Assembly (NCBI RefSeq): GCF_018977255.1
Contig: NW_024704743.1
Coordinates: forward strand, 16,990,001 to 17,054,000
Direction of reading: 5' to 3'
From: Callorhinchus milii
Lineage: Eukaryota
DNA: 64,000 bases
The position numbers and the translations under genes are program-made. Below the pieces are notes generated by a model. The model saw nothing but the letters and a program-made list of their open reading frames with translations, was not told the origin of the DNA and made no database searches. Position 1 is the stretch's first letter; each line of letters starts with the position of its first letter. Of the stretch, positions 40,801 to 53,356 are shown piece by piece.

Positions 40801-42865
40801 AGTAGCAGTTGGGAGATATTCCGAGACTCGTATCTCAAGGTTAAGTGAGCAATTATGTGACCGGAACATAAAGCTACAAATAAAGGAACTCGGTAAAAAC
40901 AGCACAACAGAGATCCGTTTGGTGCCGCCAGACCTCAGTACCTACTGTAGGTACAATGGTGAACTGGGAATCACCAGCAATTTGAGCCTATGATATCTAT
41001 TATGTCCATATCTATCAGTTGATCCTCTAATACTGCAATAAGTTAAAGCAAAACTACACAAATATCCAAACTGGATAATAGATTGAGGGAATTTTACATC
41101 TCCATACAATGTACAGGTTAAAAAGGGGATGGATACTTAGGAATTAAGAACATTAAATGGGGTGTTGGGAACTGGGATAAAAAAATCTGACATAATCGAA
41201 TAAATTGGCAGATTAAACTCAATGAACTGAATAGCCTCCTCTGGCTTCTATATTCCTACAATAATGAGATTGCTGTTAACATTTGGAACTGTGCTAAAAT
41301 CCAAATGTTTATATTCACAGAATATGATTTTTCTGGAAACATCAATGAAATTTCAAGAATCCATTGATAAATGAGACTGCTACAGGGAAGCCTACACTGG
41401 ACAGAATATTTACTGGGATACAGAGGTCAGCCAAGTGACAAGTTTCTTAATCTCAAAGAAACATTCTTAAAGTAATCTTTCTTTCTCAATCTCTTTTCCT
41501 CCTCCAATAATAACACTGAAAATACTGTGTGCATTCTCAGGGACAACATTAAAACTTAGTAGTTACAACAACAACAAATTTCATTTGTATAGCACCTTTC
41601 AAGTCAGGAGGTTGTCACAAGACGCTGACGTCAGAGAACACGATTGAATAAGGCAGCTTATCCAATAAATCATTTGTTAAGTAAAATGAAGGATGACTTA
41701 TTATTGCTATTATTATATCATAATTAATATATTATTATATTAGCATTGCTAACATCTACCCAGTAATTTAAAATGTCCTATTTAAAGGACAAAATTTAAA
41801 TTCATTTGCAGCTAAAGCTGCGTCTATCCATGTGTTAGCAGAAAGCATCAATTGTTCTACTGCTGCTAATGTTACATTAACACTAGCAATGTATAAATTA
41901 GGTAAAAGTCACATTTTACATTAATCTTTATATTGTTCAGTGATCGGTTTCATTGAGATATCACTTAATTAGGATAGAAGAAATAAGAAGCATACTAATT
42001 CCCTCAATCCCTTACAAACTATGCAACACTTCTCCATCCGAGCAGCTACTGTTGTATAAGAAATCTATTGCGTTTTCACCGATTGAACATTCGCTTTGGG
42101 ATCTGCATTCACTTGCGCAATGACAATCGATAGGATGCAAATCCATCAACCTCCCTAGTCTCTAGTGAACTGCCAGATGTCCCATAACTTGGCCTAATTC
42201 TCAACGAGCTATAACCGGAAGAACAAATATGTATATTCTGCTTATATGTTCATTGCAACTTGAAAGCTGAAAGATGTAAAGTGCAAGAGAAGTTAAAAAT
42301 CATAAACTAAGAAAAAAACGCCTGAAGAAATTAAGAAAAACAAACACTAAACTTCTAATCTGCTGACAATGTCAATTAAATTATTCCCATACTGGTACAC
42401 TGTAACTATGAATCATCTTTTCTGATGTGTGCAATCAAAATGGATCCATTAGTCAGTTGCATTAAAAACAAATAAACACTTGTTTGCACTGGTCCCCCCT
42501 CCCACCCTTAATGCTGGTTGATCTATATCCATACTGATTCCACCAAGGGAAAATACCACGTGCCTCATGCATTCCACTACATTTAGCACAGATTCCCAAG
42601 TGCAAGCGTTGTTCGGATTTGTGTTAAATCTAGATCTTCATTGGAACTCCATTAGCAAAGAAGGTTAACGCATATATGGAGGAAGGGATTGGACCAGGTG
42701 GCTCATATCGAGAAGAACACCATTGAAGACCTGATGGGACAAATGGTCTGTCTCTAACCATCTAGTTTTATAGCATCCAACGTTCTTTATACATCCTGTG
42801 AAACATTATATTACTTTCCTCTTGCAGGTTTCTATTACTACTACCAAAATGATAGGATACTGAAC

Positions 42866-43040
42866 ATAACATATAGGAGCAGGAGTAGGCCATTCGGCCC
42901 TTCGAGCCTGCCCCGCCATTCAATCATGGCTGATCTTCCAATCTAACTCCAGCTAATAACCTGACCCTGCCTTATCCACATATCCCTTAATCCCTTTTGC
43001 AATAAGAAATCTATCTCAGTCTTGAATATGTTCAAGGAAC
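42866..43040 (-). mobile_element. CR1 3'-end fragment (same family as 37072-38034)
   Basis: Near-identical taggagcaggagtaggccattcggcccttcgagcctg tail. Confidence 0.8.
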
Positions 43041-43084
43041 ATCTCAAAAAGTCACTTTTTTTTAAAAAAACAAAATAATTTTGA

Positions 43085-43675
43085 GTGTCAGCCTGGATCA
43101 GCTGGTAGTACTCCCCTCTACGTGAGAAGGTTGTGAGTTCAAGTCCCCCGTTAGGACTACACCCCGAAGCTGTGGAACTCACTCCCTCAATCCCATTGCC
43201 TTGCTCCCTCTCTCCCCATTTTCAGGTTGCACTTGAAGACCTTCCTCTTCAACCGTGCTTACGGTCAACTTCCCCCGGATCGGCATCGGGCTCTGCCAAT
43301 GTTAAGCACTCCAAGATACCATAAGGGCGCTATATAAATGCAAGTTGTTGTTGGAACTCATACAGTCTAACCTCACAGGCCAACGCAATGCTGGGGTGTG
43401 CTGCACTGTTGGAGGTGCCGACCTTCAGATGAGATGTTAATCTAAGGCCCCACCTGTAAATTCAGGTTAACAGCACTATGGAAAAGAGAAGGGAATTTCT
43501 TCTGGTGTCCTGATCAACAATCCCCCTTCACGGCCATTTGTGGGACATTGTGCACAACTTGGCTGTCACATTCACCTAAAAACCAAAGCCTTTAAAATAC
43601 TTTGCAGTACATCCTGTGAAACGCTTTGGGACATCCTCCTGCCATGAAAGGTGCTAAACTAAATGTAAGGATTTA
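43085..43675 (+). mobile_element. DeuSINE interrupted by an L2 3' fragment (~43160-43352)
   Basis: Head gtgtcagcctggatcagctggtag, an inserted fragment ending gcaagttgttgtt, then Deu core and tail. Confidence 0.7.
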
Positions 43676-46600
43676 CATAACAAATGTAGTCACTTTATTA
43701 AAACATTATTTTAGTCACTATTAACACTAGCAACACCATTACTCCTAAAAATGTCTTCCTAAATTCATACACCAGAACACAGGTCCAATACAAATGGATT
43801 ATTTTCAAAAAAAAACTTTGCTTTGCTTCCCCCTCCCCCCCCCACCCCACATTCTCTTCTTCCTCTCTCTTCTCAAATCTGAGTTTAACCATTAGTCGCA
43901 AATTTACAATCTTGACGGAGCCACCTAGCAATGAGCTGTATGAGGAGAGCTTCCGCACAGACCAAGTCGAACGCCCCGATTTAGCAGGTATTTTAAGTTG
44001 TCCAATCTGGTAAGTATTTGTTACACTTAACATTCCCCAAAGCACCCAAGTCAATCAGCAATACTGGGCCGCACTTCAACCCACTTCTATTTGTGGAATT
44101 CTAAGTAGCACAAGGCAGTGTTAAGTGGATGCAAGTCTGTGAATGCTGACCACCCCTCCCCCTAAGCATACAAAAGGCAGCTCAAACATGAGGAGTGCGC
44201 AGATATGCACATCTGATATGTCCCACTCGTACATTATTCACCCAATCCTGGTTTCTCAATTTCAAAACAGCCCCTCAGAGAAAAAGATGTTTCTCATTTG
44301 GCATCAGTGACAACGTCGGATCAGTTGGGAGCTCAATTTACAATACTTACAAAGCAATATTTACACTTAACCAACCAGGCATCTCTTTTCTTTAGAAGTG
44401 GGTTCTTTAGAATTTGCTAATTTGAGATTCCTGGTCAAGAATTTCACATGCTGGAAGTTGCAATTATTGCAATAGATCTGGTTGGGAATACCACAAATTA
44501 AACAACCCATATAAATAAAATCTCTACATCCCAGAGGAAATTTACAGACTGTAAAACAATAGTAGAAATGATCAGCAAAACAATTATGTGTTCCAAAGTA
44601 GCAGAGCTTTCACTTAAAATTATTGTTTTTGAGGGGAGGGGGGCTGTTGTCCAGGAGAAACTCCCCTCTCTTTTTGAAAAATGATGGAGTCCCTCTCTTT
44701 TTGAAAAAATGGAGTTGCTGTTTCCAATATACTTATCCATCCTACCTATGCTCTTATCCATTATTACCACTGGGGCAAGTTACTGAAATAGTGCACAGCC
44801 TCAGTAAACAACAGACCACCACTCCATCCATCTCATTAGTTTTAATGATGGTTTGTAAAATTATACTCAATGCTGAAACCTATGGCCCACCAAAAAATTG
44901 TATGTATATATAAAGATATCTTGAATAATTTTTAAAAGCACATTCTACGATCAAGTAAAATAGTCTGAATCAGAGAAATTCAGGAAACATTGATTGAAGC
45001 TACTAGATTACCTACAATCCAATCAACCCCACAGGAGTGTAACACAACCCTTTGATATGACCCAACAAGCATTTATTTCACTGTTCTAAAAGTTTCTAAC
45101 TTGCAGCATTTTTTGCAATGTACCCACATGTAAACCACCCACTGAGGTCTGCAACAGCAGCAGCCATTTTGTGCAGTGCCCCTGTGTGCACAGCTGTATG
45201 CACACAATCATAGACATTTTAAGATGGGGGGGGTGGGGGTTGACAAGGTATACAATTGTAATTGAGACAAGCTGTCAGTAACAACGCAGCTACATATTAT
45301 TTGTAGGTTAAAAAAGATTGCAATAAAGTCTACAGAATATTAGTATTGAATACTCAAATAGAGTTTTACAGAACACAGCCTCCAATGCCTTTCTGCACAC
45401 TACTTTTTTTACAGCATTGAAAAAAAGACTCAAGTCATTCACTTTTGCAAATGTGTAACCCACATTACAATTGGTCTTTTCCCATGGATTCAGTTGTAGG
45501 AAACTGTGGTTGCCAATTCTCATGGGCTGTGAGAGAAATGGCAAAGAGAACGCCAACCAAGTGAAGACACTGAAAATGGATCACCCTCTTACCACTCCAC
45601 ACTTCACTTACCAAAGTGCCACTTTCCATTGTGGATGCACATGGACTCAAATGTCACCAGGTCCCACCTACATTCTCATTACTTGCATGCAAAGGCAGCA
45701 GAAGTATTTACAATAGAGGGAGGGGTATGAAGCCAAAATTTAGCATCCCTTTCCTTCACCACTCACAAACCTATTCAACCTGTCCAGATTTATCCTTTAA
45801 GTGAAAATTGCACTCGGACAGGGTAAGCTAAACCATTCTGAGCTCTCTTGATATCAATGCAAAAAAAAAAAGGCTGTCGCCATCCCTTTAAATAGGATTC
45901 AGCTCCAAGCGTGGAAGAGGACCAATAGGACTCCCCATTTCTGACGTTACCCAATAATCGGATAGCCTTGGGGTCAGGACTGACCTTGGTGTGGTTGACA
46001 GCTTTGTAAGAGAGAAAAACAAATGACATCCCTTGATCAACTGTACACAGGCTCCGTGTTAGTTTGTTTCAGAGTGAAACTGAAATATTAGTAACTTCAA
46101 GTTGGGGAGGGCGAAAACATACTTCTGCTCTCCCCTTGGCGCCTCTCTGCACACTACTTGGCTACAAGGTAAGGGTCAGCCAGAGCCCTCAACAAACTGG
46201 GAATACCAATAAATATGGTAAAGTGGCCTCTTAACTAGAATATGAATACAAATTTACATAGCCCCTTTCATGTCAGGAGGATGTCACAAATCACTTTACA
46301 CAATTTGCTGGCTTGACACCTGTGCTTTTTTTTTGGGGGGGGGGTGTTAAGATGACCGAAAGCAATGTTAAAGAGCTACGTCTTGGGGCATGCTTTGAAA
46401 CGGGGGAGTGGGGGAGGTAGAGGGATTCTGGGGTGGAGTTCCAGAGAGTGGGGGCAGAATATTTGAAAGCTCTCCCACCAATGGTGGGGCATGGACTGAG
46501 AAAAGAGACTGGCACATGAATAGATAGCCACACGGAAGAGGTGGAAGAAAAAGCCCATAAAGTATGTGCCATCTATTCACACACAAGCCTAGGCAGCACA

Positions 46601-49600
46601 TGTTGGTTGGTAGGCTGGCCAGTCATAGAGATTACTTCAGTTGAGCCCAAGTCTTTATCATTTGACAACACATGCATTTTCCACTGAACAGCGATCAGGA
46701 GAGGGAACCTTAAACAATATTTCTATGAACTGAGGGGGAGGAACTCAGAAGTTCAAATGCAGTACCCATTCCGTATCTGGCATTACATAACAGTCAATTG
46801 AGTCATCGTAAGACCAGACAGTAATTCCAATATATGTATTAATATATATTCCTCCGATTCAACTTTTGGCCTGTGTTGAAATTAATCAGCACTTCTAGTG
46901 TACTTCGCTCCAGGGCAGGCTTTTTAAGGTATGTATTTGTAGACATAAATAGCTTTGAAAAACCAAACAGGAATTTTGAACCCTGTACTTTTGAAAAACA
47001 ATTTCCTGCCTCCGGCAACACTTCAGAATCACTTGTGTGATTATAAAGTTAAAACAGCTTTAAGAATGCCCCTCCTTAAAGGTTTCCTAAACTGTAGATT
47101 TATTAAATGAACTCCCAATAATTTTATGAACAATATTTAATATCATTTTAAAAAAACTAAGCTTTTGAGGCTGGATTATCACTTGATCAATTTAAAGTAC
47201 TACAGTTGTTCAGTTTTCTCCTTGACTAACCCACTTTAGCTAGTGACACTAGGCCTTTTGGAAGTATAACACCAGAGCAGAAGCTAATGCTGCCTAAGGT
47301 CTTTGGGATGGAATGAATCATTGGAATGCTTATCCTCAGCACTTTTTAGCAACCATGTTAAATGCAGAATAAATGCTACTGCACTTCTACACCAAATACA
47401 AAATGGGAAAATCCTAGCTGCTTGGTATTTCTTCAAAAGCTTGAAGTGCTAAGCATAGAATTTAACACGCATTTCCATATGAAGTCAGGATCTTTAAATC
47501 AAATCAATAAACTTAGTGAGTGATCTTAATTGGGGCTTATTAGACTGATTGAAATAGTTATTATACAATTTTTCCTCTGTGCACTGGGCACAAAAAGGCA
47601 AAGTTGGATTTTAAAAAAATTTGGTTATATTGATTTATGCTATTTACATAAAGAAATTGTAAAGGGAACTGCTTTAACCCCATGGAGATGCTAATGGAAT
47701 TAAACCTTCCTAAAGCGGAAAATTCAAAATGAAAGTTTACTGTATGGGGACTCTTTTGGATCCAGCTGGATGTTTCAAATATTAGATTACCACAAAACAT
47801 AAACCAGTCTCTGAGGACATAGAAACAACTTTAGATGACAGTGTCTCAGAGACTGAAACCTGTGCTACTGCTTTGCTGGAGTGTTAGAAGCATTAAGTTA
47901 AGTGCTAAAGTGTTACACAGCTGCAACACAAAAGTCACATTTGCATAGGTGTGCAAACCGATTCAACGTCAAATAGAAGCTACACCAATATTTTAGTCTA
48001 ACCATTTATAGTCTTGCTATAACAAAAATTTTCAGTTAAAAGAAGAATCAGCCTGCTACAGATGTGAAAACTGGCCCTTGAACAGTAGAGTGCTTTGGAA
48101 GTGCATTGAAAATGATTTGGTCATGAATTACTGCTGTTAACGCAGGCCCTTGAAATAGAACTGACAAAGAGCAGTGACAAAGCTGATCACAATCAGAAAA
48201 ATAACATGCATCAGGTCCATTAGGAACAAGAACACATGGTGGTTACGTTATGGAGGCAATGATAGGAATAGGAGAGGACCTAGTGGCAAGCAAAGGAGGC
48301 TGAAGTCAGTTGATATGTTGGAATTGGCAGGTGAAACACATGGGGATCAATACAATCCATCCATGCAGAGCCAGAAGAGTAGTAACTTTCCGACCTCCAA
48401 AATGGTATATAACCACTAGCATTTATAATCCAAGAACAGGGCACAGGAGTCCTACAATTGAAACATAAGTACCTCTTGCAGTGAATTATTTATGATGACT
48501 TTTTAAAAAAAACACTATTTCAAGGAGTGAAAATTAACAGATAGAATTGGGACAGGGGGTGGGAAGAGGTAATCTAGGCAGTCATTAAACCTCAGGGTCA
48601 TTGACGTTTGGTCAAGTGAAATGATAAATCGACTATCTCTAATATGTGAATTGTGTTTTTATTGTCACTCTCTCCCGTTTCCCTCACCTCAGAAGCATAG
48701 ATGTTAGCCATCTCAATGCAGTGGATCACTTGGCTGTACGTCCATTTCAATTTTTTTAATTACCCTGCTGCCAGCAGCAGCTCTGCAGTGCAACAGCGTG
48801 GATCATCGGTATTTACCAGTTCACAAATAACCAAACCTCCGGGTGATTCAGGCTCTTGGATACAACAGACAAATGTATGGGAGCAACAATTTACCCAGCA
48901 GGAACTTTCAGAGAGCTGTACTTTGGCATGACCAGAAGTGTATTCTTTATGAAACCACCATCATGTATTGAACCCAGAGCACATTACTGTGGTTCACCAT
49001 TTGAACCATTTAAATAATTAATCAGCATCTATCATTTAAGCCTCTCAAGACTGTAATAAATCGGATTGTTAATAATGTAATCAGATGTGGCTGGTTACTG
49101 ATGTGCTTAAAGTCGAGTTAGAAGCTTTTATCTGTCTGTGGTGTATTATCTCTGCGCCAAGATTGCATTTTCATGACAGGTTATTTGTACTCTATAGTTG
49201 TAGAATCACAATTTTGAGGGGTTATTTTTCTGTTTGTGACAAAAGCTAAGCATTTTCAGCAAGGTCTTCATTGATATAAGTAGAACCTGTCCTCTCTAAA
49301 CCCACTGTTTCATACAGACATGCAGCTTGGATACTGTGCCACATATGGGAGAAGTCAAGTTCAAACATCAGCAAAGGCTAGCATTGAAACACAGGCTTAC
49401 CAACTAAGTATCAATTGAGCTGCTGGGCACAAGCCCAGTCCAGAGAAAGGTATCAAGCTGTCAGGGCAGAAGCAAAGTTGGCAGAAATACAACTTCAGGT
49501 CTAAATTGAACATTTTTCCCATCAACTAACCACAGCACCACTGGCAGACAAACCGTCGCTATGCAGATTACCATGATAAAGATTCCTGGGATAACTAGCA

Positions 49601-49682
49601 TGGCTGGTTTGTGAAATACTGTACTCACAAAACTAATTAAGTAAATGAATGAAAGAGCACTCTACACAACAGTTCCAACTGA

Positions 49683-51330
49683 CAACAACAAAATTACATT
49701 TATAGAGCGCCTTTCACATCGGGAGGATGTCCCAAAGCGTTGAACAGTCAGGTGTCGGGGCCCGAGCATGGGGGAGAGGTGGTGTAGGGGTGAGGGAAGG
49801 CAGAGAGGTGGGAGGGAGACCAAAGGCACGGTCGAAGAGAAGGGTCTTGAGATCGGCCTTGAAGGAGGCAAGGGAGGAAGCGAGGCGAAGGGACCGTGGG
49901 ATGGAGTTCCAGAGTGTGGGGGCAGAGAGGCTGAAAGCTCGGCCACCGATGGTAGGGCAGGTCGGGCGGGAGACATGGAGCAGACCGGAGCTCGATGAAC
50001 GGAGGGAGCGGGCAGGTTGGTAGGGAGTCAGCAGGTCAGAGAGGTAGGAGGGGCAAGGCCATGGATGGACTTAAAAGGTGAGGACGAGGATCTTGAACTT
50101 GATCCTCTGGGGGATGGGGAGCCAGTGGAAGTGATGGGGTCACAGAGCCTGGTGCGTGAAAGTACACGAGCTGCAGAGTTTTGGATGATCTGCAGCTTGT
50201 GAAGGGAGGAGCTGGGAAGACCGATGAGGACGGAGTTCCCGTAATCGAGTCTTGATGTGACAAATGCGTGGGTGAGGGTTTCGGCAGCCTGAAGGGTGAG
50301 GCAGTGGCGGAGTCTGGCAATGTTGCGGAGGTAGTGGTAGGCAGTGCCGGTCATGGCGCGGATGTGGGGGAGAAAGGACAGTTCAGGGTCAAACAAGACA
50401 CCCAGATTCCTGACTGGCTTAGTGAGGTTGAGTGTGCAGCTGTGGAGGCTGATGCTGCCAGTGCCTGAGGTGCGGAGGCACTGGCACGAGCCAATCAGGA
50501 GGACCTCGGTCTTGTCAACGTTGAGTTGGAGAACGTTGTCCTCGTCCACGACTTGATGTAGGACAGGCAGTCAGTCAGGACGCCAATAGTCCTGGAGTTC
50601 AGGGTGGAAGCAGAGAGATAGAGTTGGTGTCATCCGCATACATGTGGAAATTTACCCCAAGTCTGCGGGTGATGTCACCGAGGGGGAGCATGTAGAGGGT
50701 GAAGAGGAGGGAACCGAGGACAGAACCTGAGAAACACCGCACGAGACAGTGCGGGGGCTGGAGGAGAAGCCGTTTGCCGCAATGAAGTGGAGGCGATGTG
50801 AAAGGTAGGACCTCTATCAGTCAATGACAGAACCTTGAAGGTTGAGGTGGGAGGAGAGGCGGTGGAGGAGGATTAAGTGGTCCACGGTGTCAAAGGCGGC
50901 GGAGAGATCAAGGAGGACAAGGAGGCAGAGGGAGCCCTGGTCACACATGGTCAGGATGTCGTTTGTGAGCTGTGGGTAGCACGGAAAACAGATTGGAGGG
51001 GTTCATAGAGGGAGGGAGAGGAGAGGAAAGAGTGAAGCTGGGAGGCAATGGCTCTCTCAAGGATCTTGGATAGGAAGGGGAGATTTGAGATGGGCTGGTA
51101 GCTAGATAGCTCTGATAGGTCGAGGGAAGGTTTCTTCAAGGTGGGGGTGATAGTGGCTGTTTTGAGGGGGGAAAGGAACAGTGCCAGATGACAGGGAGAG
51201 GTTAATGATGTCGGTGAGTAGTGGGGCGGGGAGGTGGAGCTGGGATTTAAGGAGAGGGGTAGGGATGGGGTCGAGGGAGCAGGTGGTGGATTTCATGGAG
51301 GTTACCGTGTTGAAGACAGAGGAGAACAAG
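49683..51330 (-). mobile_element. 5'-truncated L2-clade LINE (RT and 3' tail) in TGFBR1 intron 1
   Basis: Motifs TTCSLDPIPT, YQPISNLPFLSKILER, LQLNVDKTEVLLIG, VRNLGVLFDPELSF, HAFVTSRLDYGNS, QNSAARVL. The 3' end carries a (TTG)n-like tail. Confidence 0.92.
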
Positions 51331-52519
51331 AGGAGGAGGACAAGAAGAACAACTGGAACAGACCAACGATAACTTCCCCATATGCCCTACACACCTCAAC
51401 AGAAACACACCGAATGAAAGGCATCAAACAAGCCGATGTTCCTTTAACCGCTTTAAGACTGCACTTGTGAAACAGGAAAGCTAATCATGGTTCAGTTTGA
51501 CATGAGGTTAGTTAGGTGAGACAAGCTGTCAAAATCCACATCATTAGTGAATGCATACTGATTAATTCTTTTAAATGGTTTACAGTCTTACAGTGAATCA
51601 CCACACTATACTGCATGGGTAAATCCACTGGACCCAAATAAGTGTGACCACTGTGGGGTCAATTGGTAGTGAAAAATGTTTTTTGAAGACATCCTGTAAG
51701 CACCACTGCCTTGAGGTTAGCTCATTGGCAAGTAACAATCATTGACGCAGAGATTGATGCCTTTCACACTGACAAAGTAGCTTCCCCAGTAGTTTGCAAA
51801 AAGCGAAACATTTGAAACTTCCATTTGGCGTCTAATCTAACAATGATTATAACCCGCCCTCTGCCAAATGGTAGGTTTTCTAAAGCAAACAAGAATAGAA
51901 GCGAAAAACAACAATCCCCATGGAAGTTAACTTCGAGGACCAGACTGGAAATGACCAAACGATATTGGAAGCTTAGAGTTAAGAGGTGCCCAGTGTCACA
52001 TCAACCTGTCTATATTGAAAGATGTTTGCTTCACAGAGCATCTCCTCGCATTTAGCCCTGTACCTTTCTGTGCACTGAGATCCTGACTTCTCATCTAATG
52101 AACAGCACCTTGAACAAAGCAGCATTCTCTCAGTACTGCACAAGAGTATCAGCCATGAGCTCAAAGTCCCTAACGTGGGGCGAGAACCCACAGTTGTTTG
52201 ATCCAGACTTGAAAGTATACTGAGTATTTCCTTATACCATACCAGTATTTCCGTATATCATACAGACCCCCATTACCATGCTTAAAAGTATCCAAATCAA
52301 ACTACTTGCATATTCATAGAAATTTCCCTGCTTCTGGAATGAAGTGCTCAATCTTTCCCCAGAAGGGCACACCCATTTAATCCTGCAAAGTTGCAGACAC
52401 AGGTCTTCAAGATCCAAGGCTTTGGGACCCGAGAATGTACATCTGGAATACAACTGGCGTTTAACCAGCTAAAACTAAACAACTTGTCACTGCTAATGTT
52501 GTCAAGCAAGTTCTCAACA

Positions 52520-53356
52520 AATGTTTTTTGCAACCGCCCCCACCCAGTCACCTGGGACTCCATCCTTGGCCCGCTTCTCCTCATCCCCGTGCTCCCTCTC
52601 GGCGATGTCATTCACAGACATGGGATCAACTTCCACATGTATGCAGATGACACCCAAATCTACTTCTCCTCCTTCAGCTGCGACTCCCAGACCACTAATG
52701 TCCTGTCAGCTGGTTTGACAGACATCAAGGCCTGGATGAGCGCAAATTTTCCTGCAGCTTAATATTGGCAAGACGGAAGCCATACTCTTTGGCTCCCTTC
52801 AACATCTTCTCTCCTGCGGGTCTGAACTCCTCAACCTCCCCGGGCTCCCTCAGACTCACCGAACCGTGCACAATTTAGGCGTCAGATTCAATACCCATTT
52901 TTGTGTTCCCTGAGCATGACCGCTTTTTTCCACCTCCGTCGCATTGCACACCTCCACCCGAACCTCACAACCAACGCAGCTGAAACCCTCGTCCATGCCT
53001 TCATCACTTCCCAGCTGGACTATTGCAATGCCCTCCTCGCTGGTCTGCCTAGTTTACCATACCCAAAATTCAATTAATCCGAAACTCCGCCGCCCAGATA
53101 CTCACCCACACAAAATTCCATAAACTCCACTGGCTCCCAGTTACCCAACGGAACAATTCCAAGATCTTCTCATTTGTTTTCAAACCCCTTCATGCCCTCG
53201 CAACTCCCTGCCTGTCCAATCTGCTCCAATTTCCTTCTTAATCATGCTTACAATCATTTCCCCCTCTCCCTGGCTTGGCGTCAGGTTCCACCACTGTCAA
53301 GTACTCCAGGACGCTGTCCTGCGGTGAAGAGTGCTATATAAATACAAGTTGTTGTT
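52520..53356 (+). mobile_element. 5'-truncated L2-clade LINE
   Basis: Motifs [45 protein letters not shown]. Ends tatataaatacaagttgttgtt. Confidence 0.88.

Noticed and set aside
42113..42120. Perfect C/EBP-type palindrome ttgcgcaa in intron 1
   Set aside because: A single 8-mer is expected by chance in 64 kb and there is no other support.
49683..51330. Active autonomous LINE
   Set aside because: 5'-truncated with multiple frameshifts and stops. The same applies to the CR1 copies.
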